A stretch of 16,336 nt of DNA from Okeania sp. (lineage in GTDB: Bacteria > Cyanobacteriota > Cyanobacteriia > Cyanobacteriales > Microcoleaceae), in the NCBI RefSeq assembly GCF_035285525.1, contig NZ_JAYKGW010000228.1:1-16336 (forward strand), read 5' to 3'. Position numbers and translations under genes: made by a program. Below, in pieces: positions 7,405 to 14,492 of this stretch. How positions within the stretch are numbered: the stretch's first letter is position 1; each line of letters opens with the position of its first letter. Below the pieces are notes generated by a model. That model was not told the DNA's origin. It did no database searches and was given only the letters and a program-made list of their open reading frames with translations.

Positions 7405-8703
7405 ATGAACAGCAAACTACTTCAACAAGTCCGAATATTAGACCCTGTTTCCAATACAAACCAAGTTTCTGATGTTTTAATCATTGATGGAAACATCGCA
7501 GCAGTTGAGAAAAATATTTCTGAGTTCCCTACTAAAACAAATATTCAAGATTGTCAGGGATTAATTTTAGGTCCTGGTTTGGTAGACTTATATTGTCATA
7601 GCGGGGAACCAGGTTTTGAGGAACGGGAAACTATAGAATCTCTAATCCAAGCTGCTAGAGCTGGAGGTTTTACCAGATTAGCTATTTTGCCGAATACTTT
7701 TCCACCTGTGGATAATCTTGCTGGTTTGGCAAGATTACAAAATTTGGCAACTCAGGCAAATAATAATTCTGCTTTTCCTCTCATTTATTATTGGGGTGCT
7801 ATTACCCAAGGTTTAAAAGGTCAGCAAATGACTGAGTTGGGAGAGTTAGCTGCAACGGCTATTGTCGGGTTTGCGGATGGTTTGCCTCTAGAAAATCTGG
7901 CTTTGTTACGGCGAGTTTTGGAATATTTGCAACCTCTGAATAAGTCTGTAGCTTTATTTTGCCATAATTCTGAGTTGGCGGGTAATGGGGTTGTCCGAGA
8001 AGGTTATGATTCTATTCGTTTGGGTTTGCCTGGGGTTCCGACTATGGCGGAAAGTTCTGCTATAGCTGCTGTGTTAGAGTTGGTAGATGATATTGGTACT
8101 CCGGTTCATATTATGCGAGTTTCTACTGCTCGGAGTGTGGAGTTGATTGAAAATGCTAAAAGTAGAGGTTTACCTATTACTGCTAGTACGACTTGGATTC
8201 ACTTGTTATTGGATACTCAAGCTATAGATGGTAAGTCTCCTTTGGGTACTGAGTTTCTTCCTTATGACCCAAATTTACGTTTAAATCCTCCTCTAGGAAA
8301 TTATAGCGATCGCTTGGCTTTAGTTCAAGGTATCAAGGATGGAGTTTTAGATGCTATTGCTATCGATCATTCTCCTTTTTCTTATGAGGAAAAAACTGTT
8401 GCTTTTTCTGAAGCACCCCCAGGAGCAATAGGATTAGAAATAGCATTACCTTTATTATGGCAGAATCTGGTCGAAACTGGAGAATTGTCAGCTTTAGATT
8501 TATGGAGAGTATTAAGTACAACTCCAAGCAAATGTTTAGGATTAAATCCTGGAGAAATAAAACCTCAACATTCAGCGGAAGTTATTTTATTTGCACCTCA
8601 AGAAACTTGGGTAGTAGAAAAGCAAACTTTGAAATCTCGTTCTTTTAATACACCTTGGTTGGGAAAACAAATTAAAGGACGCTTGATAATTATTAATTAT
8701 TAA
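7405..8703 (+). CDS. Class-I dihydroorotase-like amidohydrolase with degenerate metal-ligand motifs (probable non-catalytic PyrC'-like form)
   Basis: The ATG at 7405 (MNSKLLQQVRILDP...) is preferred over the TTG at 7327. The DHOase fold is recognisable (GPGLVDLYCHSGEPGFEERETIESL...GGFTRLAILPNT, NPPLG, GLEIALPLL). However, the canonical DxHxHxRxPG reads DLYCHSGEPG, HxxHVST reads VHIMRVST, and DHAPH reads IDHSPF. Confidence 0.85.
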   Translation: MNSKLLQQVRILDPVSNTNQVSDVLIIDGNIAAVEKNISEFPTKTNIQDCQGLILGPGLVDLYCHSGEPGFEERETIESLIQAARAGGFTRLAILPNTFPPVDNLAGLARLQNLATQANNNSAFPLIYYWGAITQGLKGQQMTELGELAATAIVGFADGLPLENLALLRRVLEYLQPLNKSVALFCHNSELAGNGVVREGYDSIRLGLPGVPTMAESSAIAAVLELVDDIGTPVHIMRVSTARSVELIENAKSRGLPITASTTWIHLLLDTQAIDGKSPLGTEFLPYDPNLRLNPPLGNYSDRLALVQGIKDGVLDAIAIDHSPFSYEEKTVAFSEAPPGAIGLEIALPLLWQNLVETGELSALDLWRVLSTTPSKCLGLNPGEIKPQHSAEVILFAPQETWVVEKQTLKSRSFNTPWLGKQIKGRLIIINY

Positions 8704-8742
8704 TTAATTATTTATACAAACCCTATAACCCCTCGAGAAATC

Positions 8743-8775
8743 AGAAACCCAGTTTTTCCAAAAAACTGAGTTTCT
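8743..8775. terminator. Hairpin between convergent genes (possible bidirectional terminator)
   Basis: agaaacccagttttt (8743-8757) pairs with aaaaactgagtttct (8761-8775), matching 14/15 with a 3-nt loop. A/T tracts lie inside the stem ends, but there is no clean external U-run. Confidence 0.45.
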
Positions 8776-8827
8776 ACTTGAAAACTAATGACAAACGTTG
8801 AAAATTTTAATCATTATTAATTATTAA

Positions 8828-9481
8828 TTATTTATATAATGGTTGTTCATCTATTGTCCCAATACTCTGAAGTGGCCAAAAGCGAAATATAGCTCGACCA
8901 ATAATATTTTCATAAGGAACAAAACCCCAACATCTGCCGTCGTAACTGTGATCACGATTATCCCCCATAACCAAATAAGAATTAGGAGGCACTATCACAG
9001 GTTCAGAAAGAAACCTTCTATCTGGAGGACAAACATCTATTCTCGTTTTTTGATGATTAACCTTTCTGGCCTCAAGTGCTGCCGGGTCTAAATCTGAAGC
9101 AACATAAGTTTCTTCTACTACTTGATCATTTACATATACTCTTCCATCCTTTAATTCAACTCTATCTCCAGGCAATCCAACTATCCGTTTAATAAAAGCA
9201 TCTTTATACTGAGTTTTAAGTGCATCAGTTGGATTAAAAACCACAATATCTCCTCTTGCTGGTTCCTTAAATTGATAACCTAATTTATCTATAATTAAAC
9301 GGTCATTAATTTGTAATGTTGGTAACATCGAACCAGAAGGAATATAACGTGCTTCAGCCACAAATTGACGAATTCCTATAGCTAAAATCACACTCATTGC
9401 AATAGTCTTAATTGACTCAATCAAAGGATTTTCTTCATTTTGACTTTCTTGATCTTTTGATTTGTCTTCTTTATTCATCAT
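8828..9481 (-). CDS. lepB: Signal peptidase I
   Basis: 217-aa ORF with one N-terminal TM segment. It carries the catalytic Ser box [10 protein letters not shown], the Lys box [11 protein letters not shown] and box [18 protein letters not shown]. Confidence 0.95.
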   Translation of the reverse strand: MMNKEDKSKDQESQNEENPLIESIKTIAMSVILAIGIRQFVAEARYIPSGSMLPTLQINDRLIIDKLGYQFKEPARGDIVVFNPTDALKTQYKDAFIKRIVGLPGDRVELKDGRVYVNDQVVEETYVASDLDPAALEARKVNHQKTRIDVCPPDRRFLSEPVIVPPNSYLVMGDNRDHSYDGRCWGFVPYENIIGRAIFRFWPLQSIGTIDEQPLYK

Positions 9482-9510
9482 TTATATTAATCAGAGAATT
9501 AATCTTGAAG

Positions 9511-9617
9511 TAGCAGTCAGCAATCAGCTATTAGTAGTCAGCTTTTTAAGGTTTATACCTGGGGACTTAAACTCTCAATTTTTTGGCTGATAGCTGAATG
9601 CTAAAAGCTAATAGCTA
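9511..9617. repeat. Inverted blocks of CAGC-type heptamer repeats flanking a ~40-bp spacer
   Basis: The left block is tagcagtcagcaatcagctattagtagtcagc. The right block is ggctgatagctgaatgctaaaagctaatagcta, its imperfect reverse complement. Confidence 0.7.
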
Positions 9618-9836
9618 GTTAAATTATTGGTTTTGTTTAAGAGTTTTATTCCTGAAGGGTTCAGGATTTTTTTTGAGTATGCTATCTAAGTATTAAAAAT
9701 AGCTTAAAATTTCAATCATCTAGTTTAATATTGTATAACTATATTCTTATGTTTTTGAGTTTATAGCCATAATTATGTCTATTTTATCAAACTGTCATTT
9801 TGTATAGCAATTCTAAATAGGTGATAAGATTTTATG

Positions 9837-9892
9837 GTAGGGGTTGGGTTTCCAAATCCCTTGGTGTTTGGGTTTGGTCTCCAAACCCCTAC
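9837..9892. repeat. GTAGGGG...CCCCTAC palindromic element containing a second copy of gggtttggtctccaaacccc
   Basis: gtaggggttgggtttccaaatcccttggtgtttgggtttggtctccaaacccctac. The inner 20-mer is identical to 6397-6415. A T6 run follows at 9895-9900. Confidence 0.7.
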
Positions 9893-9950
9893 AGTTTTTT
9901 CTCACAAATGATTCAATATTGCTACATAAATTAAAAAACCAATTTTTATT

Positions 9951-11273
9951 ATGTCTACTATATTAATTCGTCGTCCCCGTATCCTTCTACCCGATGGGGA
10001 ATTTTTAGTTGGCGATGTTCTGACTAAAGGCCAAGAAATTATTCAGGTGGCTCCAGAAATCTCATTTTCTGAAGCTCCAGACAAAATCATAGATGCGGAA
10101 GGTTTAACTTTATTACCAGGAGTAATTGACCCCCAGGTACATTTTCGGGAACCTGGATTAGAACACAAGGAAGATTTATTTACTGCTAGTCGAGCTTGTG
10201 TGAAAGGTGGTATTACTTCTTTTCTGGAAATGCCTAATACTAAACCTTTGACTACTACTCAAGCTGCATTGGATGATAAGTTACAACGAGCAGCACAAAA
10301 ATCTTTGGTTAATTTCGGTTTTTTTATTGGGGCAACGGCAGAAAATTTACCTGATTTATTAACAGCTAATCCTACTCCTGGAATTAAGATTTTTATGGGT
10401 TCTATGCACGGACCTTTATTGGTAGATACTGAGGAAAAGTTAGAGCCAATTTTTGCTAAGGGAAAAAGGTTAATTGCTGTTCATGCGGAAAATCAAGCGA
10501 GAATTGATGTTAGGAAAAAAGAGTTTGCTGGTATTTCTGACCCTGCTATTCATTCACAAATTCAGGATAATGAGGCTGCTTTATTAGCAACTAAAATGGC
10601 TTTGAAATTGTCGAAAAAATATCAGCGAAGATTACATATTTTACATACTTCAACTGGAGATGAAGCTGAATTATTACGTCAAGATAAACCGAGTTGGGTG
10701 ACTGCTGAAGTTACGCCTCAACATTTGTTATTAAATACAAGTGCTTATGAAAAAATTGGTACTTTAGCTCAGATGAATCCTCCTTTAAAGTCTGGTTGGG
10801 ATAATGATGTTTTATGGCAAGCTTTGTTGGATGGGGTGATTGATTTTATCGCGACGGATCATGCTCCTCATACTTTGGAAGAAAAGGGTAGGGGTTATCC
10901 GAATACTCCTTCGGGAATGCCTGGGGTGGAAACTTCTTTGCCTTTAATGTTGACTCAAGCTATGCAGGGAAGATGTTCTGTGGTTCAGGTTTCTAATTGG
11001 ATGTCTACTGCTGTTGCTAAGGGTTATGGGATTCTGAAAAAGGGGGCGATCGCTCCTGGTTTTGATGCGGATTTAGTATTGGTTGATTTGGATAATTATC
11101 GCCCTGTTTTGAGGGAGGAATTGATGACTAAGTGTGGCTGGAGTCCTTTTGAGGGATGGAGTTTGACTGGTTGGCCGGTTGTTACTATTGTTGGAGGAAA
11201 TGTTGTGTTTAATCGTGGTGAGTTTAATTCTGGGGTTACAGGTAAAGCTTTGGCATTTTCTGAAGCACCCTAA
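9951..11273 (+). CDS. pyrC: Dihydroorotase / cyclic amidohydrolase (class I-type, ligand set largely intact)
   Basis: 440-aa ORF with LPGVIDPQVHFREPGLEHKEDLFTASRACVKGGITSFLEMPNTKP, GIKIFMGS (Lys ligand position), AVHAEN, LHILHTST, NPPLK, ATDHAPH and PGVETSLPLML. The first His of HxH is Gln here. The pyrC symbol is tentative. Confidence 0.85.
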   Translation: MSTILIRRPRILLPDGEFLVGDVLTKGQEIIQVAPEISFSEAPDKIIDAEGLTLLPGVIDPQVHFREPGLEHKEDLFTASRACVKGGITSFLEMPNTKPLTTTQAALDDKLQRAAQKSLVNFGFFIGATAENLPDLLTANPTPGIKIFMGSMHGPLLVDTEEKLEPIFAKGKRLIAVHAENQARIDVRKKEFAGISDPAIHSQIQDNEAALLATKMALKLSKKYQRRLHILHTSTGDEAELLRQDKPSWVTAEVTPQHLLLNTSAYEKIGTLAQMNPPLKSGWDNDVLWQALLDGVIDFIATDHAPHTLEEKGRGYPNTPSGMPGVETSLPLMLTQAMQGRCSVVQVSNWMSTAVAKGYGILKKGAIAPGFDADLVLVDLDNYRPVLREELMTKCGWSPFEGWSLTGWPVVTIVGGNVVFNRGEFNSGVTGKALAFSEAP

Positions 11274-11436
11274 TTAAATTTTCGCGACGATTTTTTTGAA
11301 GTTTGGCTTGACTTTTGTTTGACTCGGCTGGTATTATATAGATAATGGAAGTGGTTACAGCCTTAAAATTTTTGTCAATATTTCCATTATGAATATATTA
11401 GCTGTTAAGCGCAAGATTTGTCAACTACTTTTCCCT
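11254..11436 (+). repeat. Copy 1 of the 183-bp direct repeat (includes the last 20 nt and stop codon of CDS 9951..11273)
   Basis: cattttctgaagcaccctaattaaattttcgcg...caactacttttccct. It differs from 11541-11723 at 2 positions by eye (a/g at 11287/11574 and a/g at 11392/11679). Confidence 0.95.
11319..11346 (+). promoter_or_regulatory. Sigma70-type promoter-like motif inside repeat copy 1
   Basis: TTGACT (11319-11324), a 16-nt spacer, then GATAAT (11341-11346). An overlapping TTGACT-N18-TATTAT lies upstream. Confidence 0.45.
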
Positions 11437-11540
11437 CTTTTTTTTCGGCGAAAATTTTTGAGGTTATATGAAACAAAAGTTAACAGGAATCATCGTAGAT
11501 AGCTTTTCGGTAGAAGAGTGGATTAAAATATATACCTTAA

Positions 11541-11723
11541 CATTTTCTGAAGCACCCTAATTAAATTTTCGCGGCGATTTTTTTGAAGTTTGGCTTGACT
11601 TTTGTTTGACTCGGCTGGTATTATATAGATAATGGAAGTGGTTACAGCCTTAAAATTTTTGTCAATATTTCCATTATGAGTATATTAGCTGTTAAGCGCA
11701 AGATTTGTCAACTACTTTTCCCT
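11541..11723 (+). repeat. Copy 2 of the 183-bp direct repeat
   Basis: Offset 287 bp from copy 1. The flanks on both sides are unrelated, so this is not a simple tandem duplication. Confidence 0.95.
11606..11633 (+). promoter_or_regulatory. Identical promoter-like motif inside repeat copy 2
   Basis: TTGACT (11606-11611), a 16-nt spacer, then GATAAT (11628-11633). It points into the PIN-domain remnant. Confidence 0.45.
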
Positions 11724-11951
11724 GTTATTGTTAATAGTAACAATACAATTTTTGTACCTATTGATAATCAGAATATATATAGCACTAAGAAGCAGCTAAA
11801 ATCAGAGCAAAATATAATCTACAATTACCTGATGCTGTTCAAATAGCTGTAGCATTAGCAGCAGAGTGAGAAGAATTTTTAACATAATGATGTAGGATTT
11901 ATAAGAGTAACAGAATTGACTATATTATTGCTAGATGAATTAGAAGTGTGA
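11724..11951 (+). pseudogene. 5'-truncated, frameshifted PIN-domain (VapC/PilT-N-like) toxin remnant
   Basis: Three frames must be spliced to read the sequence. They give ...TIFVPIDNQ / EAAKIRAKYNLQLPDAVQIAVALAAE* (in-frame TGA) EEFLT / (+1 shift) NDVGFIRVTELTILLLDELEV*. This matches the C-terminal half of PIN toxins (RxxYxLKLPDAIQxAxA...FLTND...RV..L.V..LD). The N-terminal LLDTN half is absent. Confidence 0.7.
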
Positions 11952-12205
11952 AAGTAAGTTTTGGTTGCTTGTAACCAACATGAAAATAAAGATATAAGGA
12001 ATAACAGAAAACTCAGACAAGTTGTTTATTTATAAATGCAAATTTGGTTGCTCAACCAAAAATTGAAACAGCATTGGAACAGGAATCATAAAAGATAAAA
12101 ATTCCTTATTTTTACCAGACAAGTTTTTGATTAAGTTTAAAATCATCAGGCAAGACTTTGAGATTATTACCTAATTTTAAAAGATAGTTTAAAAGATAGT
12201 TTTTT

Positions 12206-12484
12206 TTAATTTTTCCTATCTCCATGTATGGTTATAGTAAATATAAATTTTTTAGTGCTTTTATTAAAGTAGTTATATTTGTCAATTTTTTGACCGTTAC
12301 TCCAAAAATTATTGCAGTTCCTGAGGTTGGGATAGATAGCTTGAAATACTTCCTTTAAAAGTTCAGAGCTAAATAATTCTAAAAATATAAAAATTGCTTG
12401 TCTTAAGTTAACTGAATAACAATGTGTTTCTGTATCATAATTGCAAAAACGTTTTTTTGTTCTATGATTAAGTCTATTCGACAA
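12206..12484 (-). CDS. Hypothetical ORF, possibly a gene fragment
   Basis: ORF only. It has a TTG start, no obvious RBS, very AT-rich composition and no recognisable motifs. It sits in a stretch full of other decayed sequence. Confidence 0.2.
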   Translation of the reverse strand: MSNRLNHRTKKRFCNYDTETHCYSVNLRQAIFIFLELFSSELLKEVFQAIYPNLRNCNNFWSNGQKIDKYNYFNKSTKKFIFTITIHGDRKN

Positions 12485-12582
12485 TAACTAAGCGAAAAAT
12501 TTAGGTAGTTATGCCTGATCTTTCCGTGAGGAGAAAAAAGAATATTGGGTATTTTCTTGCCTCCTTATTTCACGAGTTCGAG

Positions 12583-12610
12583 TTACTGATAACTGATAAC
12601 TGATAACTGA
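12583..12610. repeat. Heptamer tandem repeat TAACTGA x4
   Basis: ttactga taactga taactga taactga. Confidence 0.9.
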
Positions 12611-12715
12611 AATGAGGTATATTTTCAGTATCATCAATTCCAGCAGTAAACCCACGAATCATATCCTAGTCTTCTCTAGGAGTTGTATTCTGTTAAAAAA
12701 ATCTAGATAATTATA

Positions 12716-12759
12716 GGGATTTTCTTGTTACTTCAAAGGGATTTTCTTGTTACTTCAAA
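12716..12759. repeat. Perfect 22-bp tandem duplication
   Basis: gggattttcttgttacttcaaa occurs at 12716-12737 and again at 12738-12759. Confidence 0.95.
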
Positions 12760-12870
12760 TTGATTGTTTCTTAAACTTTGCCTAAAGTAAGCATATAAAG
12801 AAACAAGGCTTTTAAATGCTAGATAAAAAAGATTGATCAAAGAATAAAAAAAGAACCAATGTTTAGTAGA

Positions 12871-13860
12871 TTATTTTTGGCTTTTTACTTGATAAACCCA
12901 GAATGGTTCTGTTATTAATAAGATTAAATTGATGAAGAAAATTATTGACCAATAATTTGACCAGTTCCAAATATTTGTTTGAATTGATATTACTAGAGAT
13001 AATAGCAAAGTCTGTAAAATAATAAATTGCCCTATTTCTCTGATAGGTAAAAACATTAATAGACCTAATTTTTGTCTAAAAGATAGTTTTTTCTGATTAT
13101 AAAACCAAATTTTTAGTGAATATTTCCAACTTACTTGTAACCAACCCTGAGACCATCTTGTTCTTTGTTTCCATAGTTCTTTAATATTAAAAGGAGCTTG
13201 CTCATAACTAATAATACTGGAATCAAAAGCGATTTTTTTACCTCTTAATAAAGCTCTAATACTCAAGTCAATATCTTCAGTCAATATCTTATGATTAAAA
13301 GATAATTCTTTTAATACTTCAGTTTTAAAGTAACCATTGGAACCACCAAAAATTGCTACATTCCACAACCTTTGTATAGCTTGATGATGAATATTGTAGA
13401 TTTGATTAAATTCTATATTTAACAACATACTCATAGGAGAATTAATTAGAGGAATACAACTTCCTTGAACTATGTCATAATCTGTTTTTAGTTTCCATAA
13501 AGCCTTAGCAAAGTTTGTCTCTATAGGTCTATGATCTGCATCAAAAATGGCAGTATATTTTGTTTTTATTTTGTCTAAAATGTAGTTAATATTTTCTGCT
13601 TTAGATTTACTATTGGCAACTTTGACTGCTAGAATAGGCATCTCTTTTAGTTCAGCTTCTACAGGTAAATATTGAGGAGTATTGTAAGGTAAAATAATCT
13701 GTAAGTCTAAATTTAATGATAAAAAATATTTGATTGTATCAACGATTATATTTTGTTCTGCTGGTAAATAAGCAGGAATAATAACAGTAAAAGTTTCAAG
13801 TTTATTGATTTGTTTAGAAATAGGTTGAGGCAAAGCTAATAAGTGTTCAACTAATCTCAT
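12871..13860 (-). CDS. Family 2 glycosyltransferase, processive beta-glycan-synthase type (cellulose/chitin/NodC-like motif set)
   Basis: 329-aa ORF with FTVIIPAYLP, FDADH (DxD), GGSNGYF, TEDIDLSIR and KQRTRWSQGW (Q-x-x-RW). It has 2 or more C-terminal TM segments. It is visibly more AT-rich than the housekeeping genes in the window. Confidence 0.88.
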   Translation of the reverse strand: MRLVEHLLALPQPISKQINKLETFTVIIPAYLPAEQNIIVDTIKYFLSLNLDLQIILPYNTPQYLPVEAELKEMPILAVKVANSKSKAENINYILDKIKTKYTAIFDADHRPIETNFAKALWKLKTDYDIVQGSCIPLINSPMSMLLNIEFNQIYNIHHQAIQRLWNVAIFGGSNGYFKTEVLKELSFNHKILTEDIDLSIRALLRGKKIAFDSSIISYEQAPFNIKELWKQRTRWSQGWLQVSWKYSLKIWFYNQKKLSFRQKLGLLMFLPIREIGQFIILQTLLLSLVISIQTNIWNWSNYWSIIFFINLILLITEPFWVYQVKSQK

Positions 13861-14106
13861 TATCGAAAAGAAGCAAATCAGTAATACAGTTAAAACTTAA
13901 GCAATATAATCAAGATAAATATTAATGAAGAAATATAATAACATTATACAGCAAAAGATTAGTATTAGAATAAACGAAAACCATATAATTGTTAACATTA
14001 TTCTCAAGTACCTATTAGCTAAAATAATAATTTAACATATCTTCTATATATTGGTAATAGTAGTTGACTTTTGTGCTAAACATGAAAGTGTTAGTATTAT
14101 GTAAAT

Positions 14107-14227
14107 ACAGCAGATTCTATTTTGGCGAGGTACACCCATAAAAGCAAGATGCACAGTTCCCGAAAAATCGCTAATATGCGAATATTTAATGATTAAATCT
14201 GTGCTTTATATAGTTGGAATCTGCTGT
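14107..14227. other. 121-nt element bounded by a perfect 11-bp inverted repeat (candidate structured RNA or MITE)
   Basis: acagcagattc (14107-14117) pairs with gaatctgctgt (14217-14227). Internal pairings are gcacag/ctgtgc, tcgc-taatat-gcga and atttaat/attaaat. A TATTAT box lies at 14093-14098, just upstream on the plus strand. Confidence 0.35.
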
Positions 14228-14350
14228 CTGTAAGTACTAATTGCTATATTTTTGTCTAAGATTGAAAAAAAGTCTGTATATAAAAAACTGTGGATAAGTC
14301 TGAGAGAGTGAACAGGTAATATTAAGTCTGTTAGTATCAGTGTAAAAAGA

Positions 14351-14386
14351 GTGTGGGAAGGGTGGGGAGGGTGGGGAGTTTGGGGA
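14351..14386. repeat. G-rich nonamer tandem repeat (GGTGGGGAG-like x4)
   Basis: tgtgggaag ggtggggag ggtggggag tttggggag. There are at least six G3-4 runs separated by 1-5 nt. Confidence 0.9.
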
Positions 14387-14492
14387 GATTTAGTAATTCT
14401 TAAAAACCAAAGATTTTTTTCTGACGAATTAAGCGGATTTGGATATAATTATTAATTATTGAACACCAGCATGAGCATTGCTTGTTACTGTA

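Noticed and set aside
8400-8420. 13-nt identity ttctgaagcaccc (AFSEAP) shared between paralogue 1 (internal) and the C-terminal end of paralogue 2 / start of the 183-bp repeat
   Set aside because: A 13-mer match within 16 kb is within chance expectation. The two AFSEAP strings are not at homologous positions of the fold, so there is no evidence of recombination.
8690-8841. AT-only direct repeat ttattaattattaatta(a)ttatttata at both ends of the convergent intergenic region, as a possible target-site duplication
   Set aside because: The sequence is low-complexity AT. Similar strings also occur at 14445-14460 and 15375-15400 next to other gene ends, so this is most likely compositional rather than an insertion signature.
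8457-9091. ORFs 8457..8648(+) and 8843..9091(+)
   Set aside because: They are an out-of-frame ORF inside the DHOase-like gene and an antisense ORF inside lepB, respectively.
12523-12564. Minus-strand UCUCCUCACGG resembling the Yfr1 sRNA core (ACUCCUCACAC), plus an AAGGAGG...CUCCUC SD-sequestering hairpin
   Set aside because: Only 8 of 11 core positions match. There is no flanking pair of stem-loops or terminator as in Yfr1, and no start codon at a suitable distance from the AAGGAGG.
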